Source: an uncultured Verrucomicrobiae bacterium (GTDB lineage Bacteria > Verrucomicrobiota > Verrucomicrobiia > Chthoniobacterales > UBA10450). Taken from it: a DNA stretch of 64,000 bases. Below, in pieces: positions 1 to 10,150 of the stretch (the first letter of the stretch is position 1; every line of letters starts with the position of its first letter). The stretch covers positions 192,001 through 256,000 of the forward strand of contig CAWFGO010000001.1 in NCBI GenBank assembly GCA_963815455.1, in the 5' to 3' direction. A program made the translations under genes and the position numbers. The notes below the pieces were generated by a model. That model was given only the letters and a program-made list of their open reading frames with translations. It had not been told where the DNA came from and made no database searches.

Positions 1-618
1 AACAAGCTGGGCGATTACATCACCATGGTTTCGGATAATACCGGAGGCGATGTGGCCTATGCCGCCACGTTCAATGGCGAACAAGATGTTTACTTCATTC
101 GCGTCGCTCCCGCATTCCCGATGGCGCAAACCGCGTTTTCCCGAAAGACCCATGGCGGCACGGGCGTTTTTGACCTGCCGCTCCCAATTAGCGGTACCGT
201 TGGGATCGAGTGCCGCAGCGGCCCGGATTATCAGGTGATTATTAACTTCGCCGGCCCAGTCACCGTCCAGAGCGCATCGGTGGCCGCCGGTATCGGGAGC
301 GTGAATAATTTTAGCGTGAGCGGGTCGCAGGTCACGGTCAATCTCACCGGCGTGGCGAACGCCCAGCGCGTCACCGTTACACTTGGAAACGTGAACGATG
401 GCACAAATATCGGCGACGTTGCCGTTTCCATGGACGTGCTGCTGGGAGACACCAACGCGAACGGCGTCGTCAACGCCACCGACGTGAGTCAGGTAAAATC
501 ATATATCGGCCAGCCGATTGACGGGACGAATTTCCGGACGGACGTGAATGCCAGCGGCGTTATCAACGCCTCCGACACGGCGATCGCCAAAGCAAACATC
601 GGCACGTCGCTGCCATAA
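1..618 (+). CDS. 5'-truncated protein with C-terminal Ig-like + dockerin-like module
   Basis: Frame is open from base 1 (NKLGDYITMVSDN...). C-terminus has SRKTHG..ECR plus the duplicated EF-hand-like GDTNANGVVNATD / DVNASGVINASD. Confidence 0.8.
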   Translation, partial: NKLGDYITMVSDNTGGDVAYAATFNGEQDVYFIRVAPAFPMAQTAFSRKTHGGTGVFDLPLPISGTVGIECRSGPDYQVIINFAGPVTVQSASVAAGIGSVNNFSVSGSQVTVNLTGVANAQRVTVTLGNVNDGTNIGDVAVSMDVLLGDTNANGVVNATDVSQVKSYIGQPIDGTNFRTDVNASGVINASDTAIAKANIGTSLP

Positions 619-658
619 CGAACGACCGCCGAGACCCTGTTCAGCCACGGAAATTGGA

Positions 659-688
659 TTGACATTCGATTGTCGATCTAACTACGCT
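659..688 (+). promoter_or_regulatory. putative sigma70 promoter
   Basis: TTGACA (659-664), 18 bp spacer, TACGCT (683-688). AAAGGA precedes the ATG at 718. Confidence 0.5.
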
Positions 689-717
689 CCGGTCTGTAGT
701 GAAAGGACCCTAACCAT

Positions 718-2323
718 ATGAAAACTCCTGTTTCCGTTTTGTCGCAAATTCGTCTTTTTTCGGGCATCGCTCTCGTCGTTTTGGGTGCGGCTGTCGCGGT
801 CTGCGACCTGAGCGGGCAATCTACAAAATCCACATCGGCCGGGCCGACCGGTCTCGGTGTCGGCGCCGATGGGATTTCGTCTATAGACAGCTGGTCCAAT
901 GGCGCCAACCTGCCGACCAATCTCGTTCGCGCCGTTGGCATTTATTTCCCGGCCAACGGTCTCTTCTACGCCATGGGCGGACGCACCAGCGATACCGCTG
1001 GCAGCGACTCCATTCACCCGCTCGAATACAATCCCGGCGGCAAACACCTGGACGACTAAGGCCGCAACTTTTCCCGATAACCAAATGAATAACATGGCCT
1101 GCGGCGTTCTCACCGTGGGCGGCGTCCCGCAGATTTACTGCGTCGGCGGCTCGGCGGCCGGCGCCGCCGTTGCCACTGCCCGTGTGTTTAGCTACAACCC
1201 GGTGACCGATACAATCACGACCCTGACGGCGCCCGATAACTGGCCGGGCAACGCTGGCGGCGCCATCCTCCCGGGCGGATTCGCGGTGGTCGCGAACAAG
1301 CTCTACATCATGGGCGGGTTCAATATTAACGTAGGAATGACTTCGGAAACGTGGCAGTTCGATCCAACCCTCGCGATTGGATCGCGCTGGCTTCAGCGCA
1401 TGAACTATCCCGCCCAACGCGGTTACATCCCCGCGGCCGCCATTGGCGGGTTCATTTATACCGGAGGCGGCTCCCTCTGGGACGGCACGACCATTGTAGA
1501 CAGCGCCGATTCTTTCAGGTACGACCCCGTCGCCAATGTCTGGAGCGCCATCGCCAGCATAACGAGAGCGACAGGCGAAACGCGGGCCGTCGTGGTTAAT
1601 AACCAAATGTGGATTTTGGGCGGCGGGAGAACCGCGCCCAATCCATCCAATGAAGTCGACATCTATACTCCCGGCACCGGCATGTGGAGCCACGGGACAG
1701 ATTTCGTTACTGTTCGACGAAATTTCCCGGCCGATAGCGATGGCACCCGGGTCTGGCTGGCCGGCGGCTACGACAGCACCGGCACCGGGTTCGTGATGTC
1801 GACGGAAAGATTCACGGTCCCCACGGCCCTGACCGCCGTGTCGCGTAAGACGCATGGTGGAGCCGGCACGTTCGACATCAATCTTCCACTCTTCGGCAAC
1901 GTAGGAATTGAATGCCGCAACAGCGCAGGCGCACACACAATCGTGGTTACGTTCGCCACTTCGGTCACCGTCGGCGGTGCGACGGTAACTTCTGGTACCG
2001 GAGTCGCGGGCAGCCCTTCGGTGAGCGGGTCGCAGGTCACCGTCAATCTCACGGGCGTGACCAACGCTCAGAGACTCACGCTCACGCTGAACAACGTGAA
2101 CGACGGCACGAGCTCCGGCGATGTTCCAATTTCCATGGGCGTGCTGGCCGGCGATACCAATGGGAATAGTTCGGTCAACGCATCCGACGTGAGCCAGACC
2201 AAAGGCCAACTCGGCAACGGGGTCTCGGCCGCGAATTTCCGGAATGACGTAAACGTGAACGGCACACTCAACGCTTCGGATACGGCAATCGTAAAAGCGA
2301 ATCTGGGCACGGCGCTCCCGTAA
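718..2323 (+). CDS. secreted Kelch-repeat beta-propeller protein with dockerin-like C-terminus; one frameshift near 1033
   Basis: ORF 718-1059 (hydrophobic leader, FYAMGG..EYNP) continues in another frame as AANTWTTK.. within ORF 899-2323. Several Kelch repeats (GG..Y/F-D-P..W) and the C-terminal SRKTHG/dockerin module. Confidence 0.8.
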
Positions 2324-2462
2324 TAATCCAGATTGAGACAGCTGCGTCCGGGTTGGAACCGCCGGTGCAGGCGGCATCTGCTTCGGTAGGGCAAATGCGA
2401 GGACACGTTCCGGCTGCACTTGCCTTTCCTTTCATGCGACAGATGTTGCCGCTCCTAATCAT

Positions 2463-4598
2463 ATGAAATCCTTACTCCTCTGCCTGCTACTGGTTCTTGT
2501 CGCCCTAAGCACAAACCTTTCCGCTTCCGACCTGAAAACGATCGATGATTTCCGCGACGCCGCAGCCAAAGCGAATGCCGTTCTGACCATTCCCGACTGG
2601 GAACAAACGCCGGAAGCGGTTGAGAAATCCGTAAACGACGCAATCGCGAAGGCAAATAAAGCGCTGGATGCGATCGGCGCGCAGGATCCCAAGAAGGTCA
2701 CGTTCGAGAGCACCGTCGTCGCGTTGGACGATTTGGGCTACGAGGCCGGAAATGCGGCCAACAAAGCGGTCGTGATCAAGGAATCGAACACCAACGAGGC
2801 GATGCGGACCGCGGGCGAAAACGCGGTCAAGGTTTTCCAGGATTGGGCCGTCGGAGTCGATTATCGCGAGGACGTTTACAAAGCGGTCAAGGCGTTCGCC
2901 GATACCAAGCCGAAACTCTCCGGTGAAGACAAGAAATTGCTCGATGAAACATTGCGCGACTACCGCCGGGCCGGCCTGGCTTTGCCGCCGGAGAAACGCA
3001 AAGAGGTCGAAGATTTGCGCAAACAACTGGCCAAACTGGGCACCGACTTCGACACCAACATCGTCAATGCGAAAACGCCGATGGTGTTCACAAAGGCGGA
3101 GCTCGATGGGTTGCCGGAAAGCTTTCTTGCCGCGCCCGGAATCAAGACCGGCGACGACGCCTACACGGTAATGGCCAATGTAACCTGGCAATATCGCACC
3201 GTTGAGGAAAACGCGAAAAACGAAGCGACCCGCAAAAAACTCAACGTCGCCCGTTACACTCTGGCCAAGGACACCAACGTCTCCGTTCTCAATCAAATGC
3301 TGGCGCTACGAAACAAGATCGCGCTCCGGCTCGATTACAAGTCGTGGGACGATTATCAGACCGAGATCAAAATGGCGAAGACCGGCGCCAACGCCAAGAA
3401 ATACATCAATGATTTGATTGCCGGCATTCAGCCGAAGTTCGCCGCCGAAATCTCCGATCTGCAAAAAATGAAAGCCGCCGATACAAACGATCCCAAAGTC
3501 AAGATCGACCACTGGGACTGGCGGTACTATGACAACCAGCTGGTTAAGCAGAAGTTCAACGTCGATAAGGAAGAGCTCCGCAATTTTTTCCCGCTCGACA
3601 AAGTTCTTCAGGGGATGTTCGACATTTATCAGAACATTTTCGGGCTAAAATTCTATCAGATCGCTGCGCCCTACAAATGGATCGACGATCTTCAACTATA
3701 CGTCGTGACAGACTCCGCCACCGGCGAGCCGCTCGGGTTGTTTTACCTCGACATGTTCCCGCGCGAAGGAAAATTCAATCACTTCGCTGAGTTCGAGATC
3801 GTCGGCGGCAAACAGCTTTCCGGCGGAAAGTATCAGCGGCCAACCGTGACGCTGCTCTGCAATTTTCCGCCAGCGAGCGGGGATAAACCGTCACTCATGA
3901 CCCACACCGATGTGGAGACGCTCTTCCATGAGTTCGGTCACGTGCTGCATACCATCACCACACGCGCAAAGTATGGCCGGTTCGCCGGAACACATGTGCC
4001 GGGCGATTTCGTGGAAGCGCCTTCGCAAATGTTACAGAACTGGGTCTGGGACAAACAAGTGCTCGACACTTTTGCCGCCGATTATCGCGATCCGTCGAAG
4101 AAAATTCCGGCCGAAATGATCCAGAAAATGAACGACGCGAAACTGGCGACTGCGGGCGTGTTTTACCGGCGACAGTTCGCCTTCGCCTCGATCGACATGA
4201 CCCTGCATGACGTTCATCCCGAGAACGCGCCCTACGATTGCGTGGCCATGTCGAACCCGGTCCTGCAGAGAGTTTTTCTGCCGATCGATCCCGACACGAC
4301 CTTCGTTACTTACTTTGGGCATTTGAATGGATATGACGCCGGCTACTACGGTTACGCCTGGGCCGATGCGATCGCCGCGGACATGGCCACCGTCTTCGAA
4401 AAAGCGAAAGGCAAATATCTCGATCGCGATGCCGGTCTGCGCTTGCGCCACGAAATCTACGAGCAGGGCGCCGGGCGCGACGTATCGTTGTCGATCGAAA
4501 AATTCCTCGGACGCAAACAATCGGTCCAGCCGTTCCTGAAACGGCTCGGCATCGGCGCGGAAGAGAAAAAGAAGACGCCGGAAAATCCAAAGAAATAG
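2463..4598 (+). CDS. M3 family zinc metallopeptidase (thimet oligopeptidase-like), secreted
   Basis: FHEFGH zinc motif, DFVEAPSQ, YLDMFPREGK, GYYGYAWA; N-terminal signal peptide. Confidence 0.93.
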   Translation: MKSLLLCLLLVLVALSTNLSASDLKTIDDFRDAAAKANAVLTIPDWEQTPEAVEKSVNDAIAKANKALDAIGAQDPKKVTFESTVVALDDLGYEAGNAANKAVVIKESNTNEAMRTAGENAVKVFQDWAVGVDYREDVYKAVKAFADTKPKLSGEDKKLLDETLRDYRRAGLALPPEKRKEVEDLRKQLAKLGTDFDTNIVNAKTPMVFTKAELDGLPESFLAAPGIKTGDDAYTVMANVTWQYRTVEENAKNEATRKKLNVARYTLAKDTNVSVLNQMLALRNKIALRLDYKSWDDYQTEIKMAKTGANAKKYINDLIAGIQPKFAAEISDLQKMKAADTNDPKVKIDHWDWRYYDNQLVKQKFNVDKEELRNFFPLDKVLQGMFDIYQNIFGLKFYQIAAPYKWIDDLQLYVVTDSATGEPLGLFYLDMFPREGKFNHFAEFEIVGGKQLSGGKYQRPTVTLLCNFPPASGDKPSLMTHTDVETLFHEFGHVLHTITTRAKYGRFAGTHVPGDFVEAPSQMLQNWVWDKQVLDTFAADYRDPSKKIPAEMIQKMNDAKLATAGVFYRRQFAFASIDMTLHDVHPENAPYDCVAMSNPVLQRVFLPIDPDTTFVTYFGHLNGYDAGYYGYAWADAIAADMATVFEKAKGKYLDRDAGLRLRHEIYEQGAGRDVSLSIEKFLGRKQSVQPFLKRLGIGAEEKKKTPENPKK

Positions 4599-4987
4599 AT
4601 TTCCATTAATCCAGTGAAGATCCGTCGCTCCCACCCAAGCCGGATTAGACCCAAAACTGAGACATTTCTCTTGAAAGACCCAATTTTTGGACCGAATTCT
4701 CGTTAGGCGCGAGATCACGCATTGTGAATGAAAAAACGGACCTCCATATTATTGCTGGTCGAAGAGCCGCTCCATCCCGCCAGTGGAGCGTAAGGTTATG
4801 TTCGATGGAGCCATTCGCCTAACCCCTATGAAGGGTGTCAACGGTGAATAGTAGAAAGTTGAGGGCAAACCAGAGTTCGTTTCTTCAGTGGAAGGCTCGT
4901 AGTAAGAGTGGTGACTGATCTCGTTCGCGGCACGCCACTGGAACGGCTATCGTTCCGACGACATCAGCGCAATAAAGGAAAATACCC

Positions 4988-5302
4988 ATGAAATACATGC
5001 TCACTTGGTCGGAACGTCCGCAAGGCTCACCGATCGAATACGAGAATGCCCAGAAACGGATCCTGGAGGTTTTCACGCAATGGAAAGCTCCGGCCAATTT
5101 CAAGATCGAGCTGTTCGTGATCCGGGTCGGTGATTGGGGTGGGTATATGATGCTGGATTGCGATGATCCCGCTGCGGTCCACAAGTTTTGCTCGATGTTG
5201 CCGGCGTTTGTTTTTGAGGCGCGCCCGGTGATTCCAATCGAAGATGCTGTCCGAGTCGAATTGGAATCCATCGCCTTTCGTGATGGACTTAAAAGCAAGT
5301 AA
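4988..5302 (+). CDS. DUF3303-like small protein
   Basis: 104 aa starting MKYMLTW and ending FEARPVIP; AAGGA RBS upstream. Confidence 0.65.
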   Translation: MKYMLTWSERPQGSPIEYENAQKRILEVFTQWKAPANFKIELFVIRVGDWGGYMMLDCDDPAAVHKFCSMLPAFVFEARPVIPIEDAVRVELESIAFRDGLKSK

Positions 5303-5632
5303 CGTGGGAAAACGATCCCGTCGCATTCACGTAGCAGAATCGGCGACGCTTCCTCAGGCTTCCGTTCGCGGCCGGGCTACGGCGCGCGTTGTCACCTCTA
5401 CCAGTTGACCAGCTCGTAGCGGCTTCTCAATAAAAAGAAAACTCTCCACCGGTATTCACAGGGAACCGCCAGACCCAAATCTTTGACAAACGCCTTGGTG
5501 AATCCGTTCACTCGAAGAATTGCAGTGGGAGCAGACGCCCTTTCCAGCTCTTGACTGGCTTGAGAAAATCGAACTTGCTGTTAGTTGATTGCGCCCTTCG
5601 AGTCGTAAATCCATTGGCGGGCTTTTTTCTGC

Positions 5633-6793
5633 ATGTCAGTTGGCCATTCCATTCCAATCCCGCACGGAATCGCGAAAATCGTTTCGCTGGCCGAGCTTCA
5701 GGACTGCGAAGCCTGGCCGCGCGCGTTTCAGGACAAAGCGAAAGATCATCGCTACTACGAGATCGTCGAACGCACTTTGCGCGATGGGTTCGAGCATCAT
5801 TACGTCGTTCTCGAAGATGGCTCCCGTCGCATCCGCGGCGTTCAACCGGTTTTCTTTGTCCGGCAGAATCTTGTCGAAGGGGTGCCGGCGCTCCGGGCGA
5901 TTGTCGATCTTATCCGCAAAATATTTCCGCGGTTCCTCACGATGCGCGTGTTGATGGTCGGCTGTGCGGCCGGCGCGGGCGAATTGGGAACCGCCGAACC
6001 GGCGAACGACGAATGGGTGGCCGGCGCGCTGCCGGCTGCCCTGTTGCCCTTCGCCCGGCAAAATAAAGCATCGCTGATCGTGCTAAAGGATTTCCCGGCC
6101 AGATATCGTTCGAGCCTGGAGATCTTGCGCCAAGACGGTTACGCCCGAATCCCGAGCATGCCGATGACGCGGCTTTCGCTCAATCACGCCAGCTTCGCCG
6201 ATTACCTGGCCACGATCGGTTACGTGACCCGGAAAAGTTTGCGCCGAAAATTTCGGAAAGCCGAGCGCGCGGCGAAGATCGACATGGAAGTCGTCACCGA
6301 CGTCACGCCGCAGATCGATGAGATTTATCCGCTCTATCTTCAGGTGCACGAGCGGTCGCAATTGAAGTTCGAGACGTTGACCAAAGATTATTTTCGACAG
6401 ATCGGCCAGCGAATGCCGGACCGGGCGCGGTTTTTCATTTGGCAACAGAATGGGAAGATTATCGCGTTCACGCTTTGCCTCGTTCATGGCGACACCATTT
6501 ACGACGAATGCCTCGGGCTCGATTACAGCGTGGCGCTTGATTTGCATCTCTACTTTTATACGCTGCGCGACGTGATCAGTTGGGCGATCACAAACGGGCT
6601 GCGTCAATATCTCAGCGGCCCGCTCAATTACGATCCGAAGCTGCATCTCCGTCACGAACTCGCGCCGCTCGATCTTTATGTGATGCACACGCGGCCGATG
6701 TTGGACGCAATTTTCCGGCGTGTGGTAAAATACCTCGAACCGACCCGGCACGATCCGGTGCTGAAGCAATTTCCGAATGCGGATCAGATGTGA
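5633..6793 (+). CDS. GNAT / FemAB-like acyltransferase
   Basis: SFADYLA..RKSLRRK, GLDY..LYF and YDPKLHL motifs of tandem-GNAT FemAB-like proteins. Confidence 0.75.
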   Translation: MSVGHSIPIPHGIAKIVSLAELQDCEAWPRAFQDKAKDHRYYEIVERTLRDGFEHHYVVLEDGSRRIRGVQPVFFVRQNLVEGVPALRAIVDLIRKIFPRFLTMRVLMVGCAAGAGELGTAEPANDEWVAGALPAALLPFARQNKASLIVLKDFPARYRSSLEILRQDGYARIPSMPMTRLSLNHASFADYLATIGYVTRKSLRRKFRKAERAAKIDMEVVTDVTPQIDEIYPLYLQVHERSQLKFETLTKDYFRQIGQRMPDRARFFIWQQNGKIIAFTLCLVHGDTIYDECLGLDYSVALDLHLYFYTLRDVISWAITNGLRQYLSGPLNYDPKLHLRHELAPLDLYVMHTRPMLDAIFRRVVKYLEPTRHDPVLKQFPNADQM

Positions 6794-6821
6794 TCGTTAT
6801 TTTGTGAACACGTAGCCGTTT

Positions 6822-7252
6822 GTCATCTGAGCGAAGCGAAGGCAGACAATACTCACAAGCAACCATGCGACCCGGATTTTGTGTTGCTCGGCTTTTCAAA
6901 TTCGACCGTGAGGTCCCTCGCTGCGCTCGGGATGACAGAAGGGGTTGTGCGCGTGGTTATCGTCCTAGCGTGCGAGCAACGGAAACCCGGCGTCACATGC
7001 TTGTCATCCTGAGGCCGCCATTGCGGCCGAAGGACCCCGCGAGTAGAGATTACGCTCGCGAACCGCAATGCGATCATGCTTCCAGTATGGCTCGGCTTTC
7101 TACGTGCGACCGTGAGGTCCCTCGCTTCGCTCGGGATGACTGAATGTTTCGCTTGTGCGTTGGGCCTTCGCTTGTGAATTGTGAAAAATGAGAGATTCTT
7201 CCCAGCCTTCGCATGACGCTACGGCGCGGCAGGCGACTGCGCCTGGGATGAC
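6822..7252. repeat. cluster of GTCATCCTGAGCGAAGCGAAGGA-type (family A) REP units
   Basis: Inverted pairs at 6822/6936 and 7003/7140, plus a single unit at 7192-7252. Confidence 0.85.
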
Positions 7253-7652
7253 AGGAAAACCTTCCGGATTTCGCAATCCCTGGCTGCATCTCGCGCTTAG
7301 TGTTCTTTGCGTATTTTTCTCCGAGCTACTCTTGAAGCGTGGCGCCTCCGACGTGGCGGCCCCCGATAGCGCGCTTTCCTGGACCGGGATCAACGGTCTT
7401 CTTTCACCGCTGGTTTGGTGGGCGATCCTGCTGATCCTGGCCAGCTTCGTGACCTGGCTTTACGTATTGAAATACATTCCGCTCTCGATCGCTTTTCCAT
7501 TGTCCCGAGTTGTCGATGTTCTCGTTCCCGTGGGCTGCTGGATTTTTCTGGGCGAAATGGTTTCGGTCTGGCGCTGGTGCGGCATCGCTCTGGTCGTGAT
7601 CGGACTTGCCATCATCGCCAAGCCGGTGGCGCGACTAGGTCAACGTTTATGA
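7248..7652 (+). CDS. EamA/SMR (ArnE/ArnF-like) small membrane transporter
   Basis: Four hydrophobic segments; WLYVLKYIPLSIAFP and GEMVSVWRWCGIAL motifs. Start is 7248 or 7188. Confidence 0.8.
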   Translation: MTGKPSGFRNPWLHLALSVLCVFFSELLLKRGASDVAAPDSALSWTGINGLLSPLVWWAILLILASFVTWLYVLKYIPLSIAFPLSRVVDVLVPVGCWIFLGEMVSVWRWCGIALVVIGLAIIAKPVARLGQRL

Positions 7653-7990
7653 GTTTTCTCGCGCTGACTCTCATTCTCATCGCCTTGGTGGCATTCGTGG
7701 GAGGACAGATTCTCCTGAAACACGCAATGGCGCCGGCCTCCCCCGGCCTAACCAGGCCCCGATTCATTGCCCTTTTGGCCGCGGGAATTTTCCTGATGAC
7801 CATCTCGTTCTTTCTCACCCTCGGATTGCTCCAGCGATTCGATCTCAGCTATCTCTATCCGTTCCAGGGACTCAGCACGATCATCATCAGCTTGATGGCG
7901 GCCGTTCTGCTGAAGGAAAAACTCACGCTTCGATTGACCATTGGGGCGCTATTGATCAGCGCCGGGGTAATCCTGGTTTCACTGAGCTAA
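7649..7990 (+). CDS. EamA/SMR (ArnE/ArnF-like) small membrane transporter
   Basis: ATGA overlap with the previous gene; DLSYLYPF and LKEKLT..GALLI motifs. Confidence 0.8.
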   Translation: MSFLALTLILIALVAFVGGQILLKHAMAPASPGLTRPRFIALLAAGIFLMTISFFLTLGLLQRFDLSYLYPFQGLSTIIISLMAAVLLKEKLTLRLTIGALLISAGVILVSLS

Positions 7991-8827
7991 CGCCGGCCAA
8001 AGTTTCTCGAGCGTAGCGAAATTGATTCTGCGAATTTCATCCGGACTCCGCTCCGGCAATTTCGGATGATCGAATTCGGAAGCGAACCGTTGTTTCCAGC
8101 GCGCATAGCTGGGCCGGGAAAACGCGCCGCAAATATCGCCGCCCACAATCCGGCAGCGTTTTCTTAATTCCGTCAGCGCCCAGATAAGATCGACAACTTC
8201 AAAACGGCCGTTTTCCCAATTGGTCACGGCTTCCTCGGCCCGAAGGCAATCCAAATCGATGGTGACATAGACATTCGCGCTCTCAAGATTCCGGGCGAAT
8301 TCCTCGAAATGCTCCCGCCAATTTTCTCGCAACATCGCGCCACGCCGTTGTCGATCCTTCACCGGACGATCGTCGGCCCAGGGATGAACTTCCAGCTTGC
8401 CCGCGCGTTCGGCGCGGCGGTTCCCGAAAAGCTGATGCGGCCACCAACACTCGAAATTTCCGCAACCCCAGACACTGATCTTCTGCACGCGCGGAATTTC
8501 CAGCGCGCGATTCACCCAGCCGCCACAGCCCCATTTGGGCGGACGAATATCCCAGTCGGGATGATTGTCGAACGAGACCAGAACGATCGGCTGCGTGGCG
8601 CGGCGGGCCCAGAGCGCGGTCAGGTAATGAAAATCGCCGGAACCAAAAAGTAAAAACGGCGCGAGCCGCGACTCGTTTCCCTGGTAGAAATTCTCGACCA
8701 AATGAGGCGGCGCGGAGAACCGCAGCTGCGGTCCCCATTCGCGCAAATCCAGTGTCGGCAAGCCGAGCGGCTCGCCCAGCCATGCGTTATCCAGGTTGAG
8801 ATGTAGAGCGATGGAAGAAATGTCCAT
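7979..8827 (-). CDS. arginase/ureohydrolase-fold protein
   Basis: GSGDFHY, FDNHPD, TIDLDCL and GGDICG metal-binding motifs. Confidence 0.75.
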   Translation of the reverse strand: MDISSIALHLNLDNAWLGEPLGLPTLDLREWGPQLRFSAPPHLVENFYQGNESRLAPFLLFGSGDFHYLTALWARRATQPIVLVSFDNHPDWDIRPPKWGCGGWVNRALEIPRVQKISVWGCGNFECWWPHQLFGNRRAERAGKLEVHPWADDRPVKDRQRRGAMLRENWREHFEEFARNLESANVYVTIDLDCLRAEEAVTNWENGRFEVVDLIWALTELRKRCRIVGGDICGAFSRPSYARWKQRFASEFDHPKLPERSPDEIRRINFATLEKLWPALAQ

Positions 8828-8833
8828 GGTGGG

Positions 8834-8892
8834 ACCGCGGATTATCCGCCTTCGCCAAAGCTACGGCGCGACCGGGCACGGATAGTGCGGAT
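8834..8892. repeat. CGGAT-periodic repeat (family I) interrupted by a family B unit
   Basis: ACCGCGGATTA [TCCGCCTTCGCCAAAGCTACGGCGCGACCGGG] CACGGATAGTGCGGAT. Confidence 0.6.
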
Positions 8893-8990
8893 TTGAAGAG
8901 AAATCCAGACTTCGTTCGATCCATTAATCCCTACAGAATCGACATCTTTCATGCGCGCACCGTCGCGACTGGGCGCGAAATGTAGGTGAA

Positions 8991-9458
8991 ATGACGAAAA
9001 ACGATCGGTCGAAAAAGCCCGAGGAGCAGACAACCTTCTTTTGCACGGTCCAGGAGGCCTTTCGGGTCTTCGCCCGTCAGTCGTCAATTGTTCTGGGCAC
9101 GGCCTGGACCTTCACGGTCGCCGTGCTCATCATCGCCGTGTGGGCGGTGACCGGACCCACGTTTCACTTTTCCGATACCTGGCAGCTCGTTATCAACACC
9201 GGCACGACCATCGTGACATTTCTGATGGTGTTCATCATTCAAAACACCCAGAACCGCGACGCCAAGGCCATTCACTTGAAACTCGATGAATTGATCCGCG
9301 CGCTCAAAGGTGCACGGAATAAATTGGTCGACTTGGAGGAACTCTCCGATGAGGAGCTAAAAACGCTCGAGGAAGAATTTCAGCGCCTTCATAAAAAAGC
9401 CAACGGATCGGCGCATAGGAACGCCAAGCCGGCTCCAAAACAACCGGTTCAGCGTTAG
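8991..9458 (+). CDS. low-affinity iron permease (Fet4-like) family protein
   Basis: FSDTWQLVINTGTTIVTFLMVFIIQNTQNRD..AIHLKLDELI signature. Confidence 0.9.
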   Translation: MTKNDRSKKPEEQTTFFCTVQEAFRVFARQSSIVLGTAWTFTVAVLIIAVWAVTGPTFHFSDTWQLVINTGTTIVTFLMVFIIQNTQNRDAKAIHLKLDELIRALKGARNKLVDLEELSDEELKTLEEEFQRLHKKANGSAHRNAKPAPKQPVQR

Positions 9459-10114
9459 CTGGCGCTTTCGCCCGATCGCAGGAAACGTTTACCGCTCGGG
9501 CAAAGCCGAAAAACTTCGCATTGGCTGCAATCGGGCTTCCGCGCATAGCAGCGACGCCGGCCATGCCAGATCAACCAGTGACTCCAAATCGCCCAATGCT
9601 CGCGCGGAACGAGTTTCATCAAGTCGCGCTCGATCTTTTCCGGGTCTTTATGTTTCGTGAGGCCAAGCCGCTGCGACAGCCGGATCACGTGGGTATCGAC
9701 GACAATTCCCTCATTTTTTCCAAACGCGTTGCCCAGGACGACGTTTGCTGTCTTGCGTCCGACGCCGGGTAATTCGCGAAGCTCTTCCATTGTCGATGGA
9801 ACTTTGCCACCGAATTTTTTTGCGATTGTCGATGTTGCCGCGCGGATGCTCTTGGTCTTGTTCCGATAAAACCCGGTGGATTTGATTGCCTTCTCCAGTT
9901 CGGATTGCGGCGCGCTCGCGTAATCCTTCGCGGTTCGATATTTCTTGAATAGCGCCGGCGTAACCATGTTGACCCGTTTATCGGTGCACTGAGCCGAGAG
10001 AATGGTCGCAATCAGCAACTCCAGCGGATTCTTGAAATCCAGTTCAGTATGCGCGTCCGGGTAAACCCGGGGCCAAATCTTAATCAGTTTGGCAACGCGT
10101 TCGCGAGCAGTCAC
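9455..10114 (-). CDS. nth: endonuclease III
   Basis: LIATILSAQCTD, HhH motif LPGVGRKTA, VDTHV, and the C-x6-C-x2-C-x5-C Fe-S motif. Start taken as GTG at 10114. Confidence 0.95.
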   Translation of the reverse strand: MTARERVAKLIKIWPRVYPDAHTELDFKNPLELLIATILSAQCTDKRVNMVTPALFKKYRTAKDYASAPQSELEKAIKSTGFYRNKTKSIRAATSTIAKKFGGKVPSTMEELRELPGVGRKTANVVLGNAFGKNEGIVVDTHVIRLSQRLGLTKHKDPEKIERDLMKLVPREHWAIWSHWLIWHGRRRCYARKPDCSQCEVFRLCPSGKRFLRSGESAS

Positions 10115-10150
10115 TCGCGCATTATTCCCGCCGATGCCGATCTTGCAACT

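Noticed and set aside
1025..1045. Programmed ribosomal frameshift in the Kelch gene
   Set aside because: There is no canonical slippery heptamer, and similar single-base defects elsewhere point to error or mutation.
881..2419. Long antisense ORFs (also 11194-12198, 16610-17815, 29340-30449)
   Set aside because: These are shadows of real genes in GC-rich DNA with no recognisable motifs.
4599..5632. ncRNA or gene relics in the gaps around the DUF3303-like gene
   Set aside because: No recognisable motif or start-bearing ORF was found, apart from a weak family B-like unit near 5359-5387.
6820..7143. Small ORFs made of REP sequence (also 14016-14420, 39310-40053)
   Set aside because: They are translations of repeats or antisense sequence (HPERSEG, VILSVAKD) with no coding support.
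6822..7252. Possible CRISPR array
   Set aside because: The units are inverted, irregularly spaced and degenerate, and no cas genes are present. They fit REP doublets.
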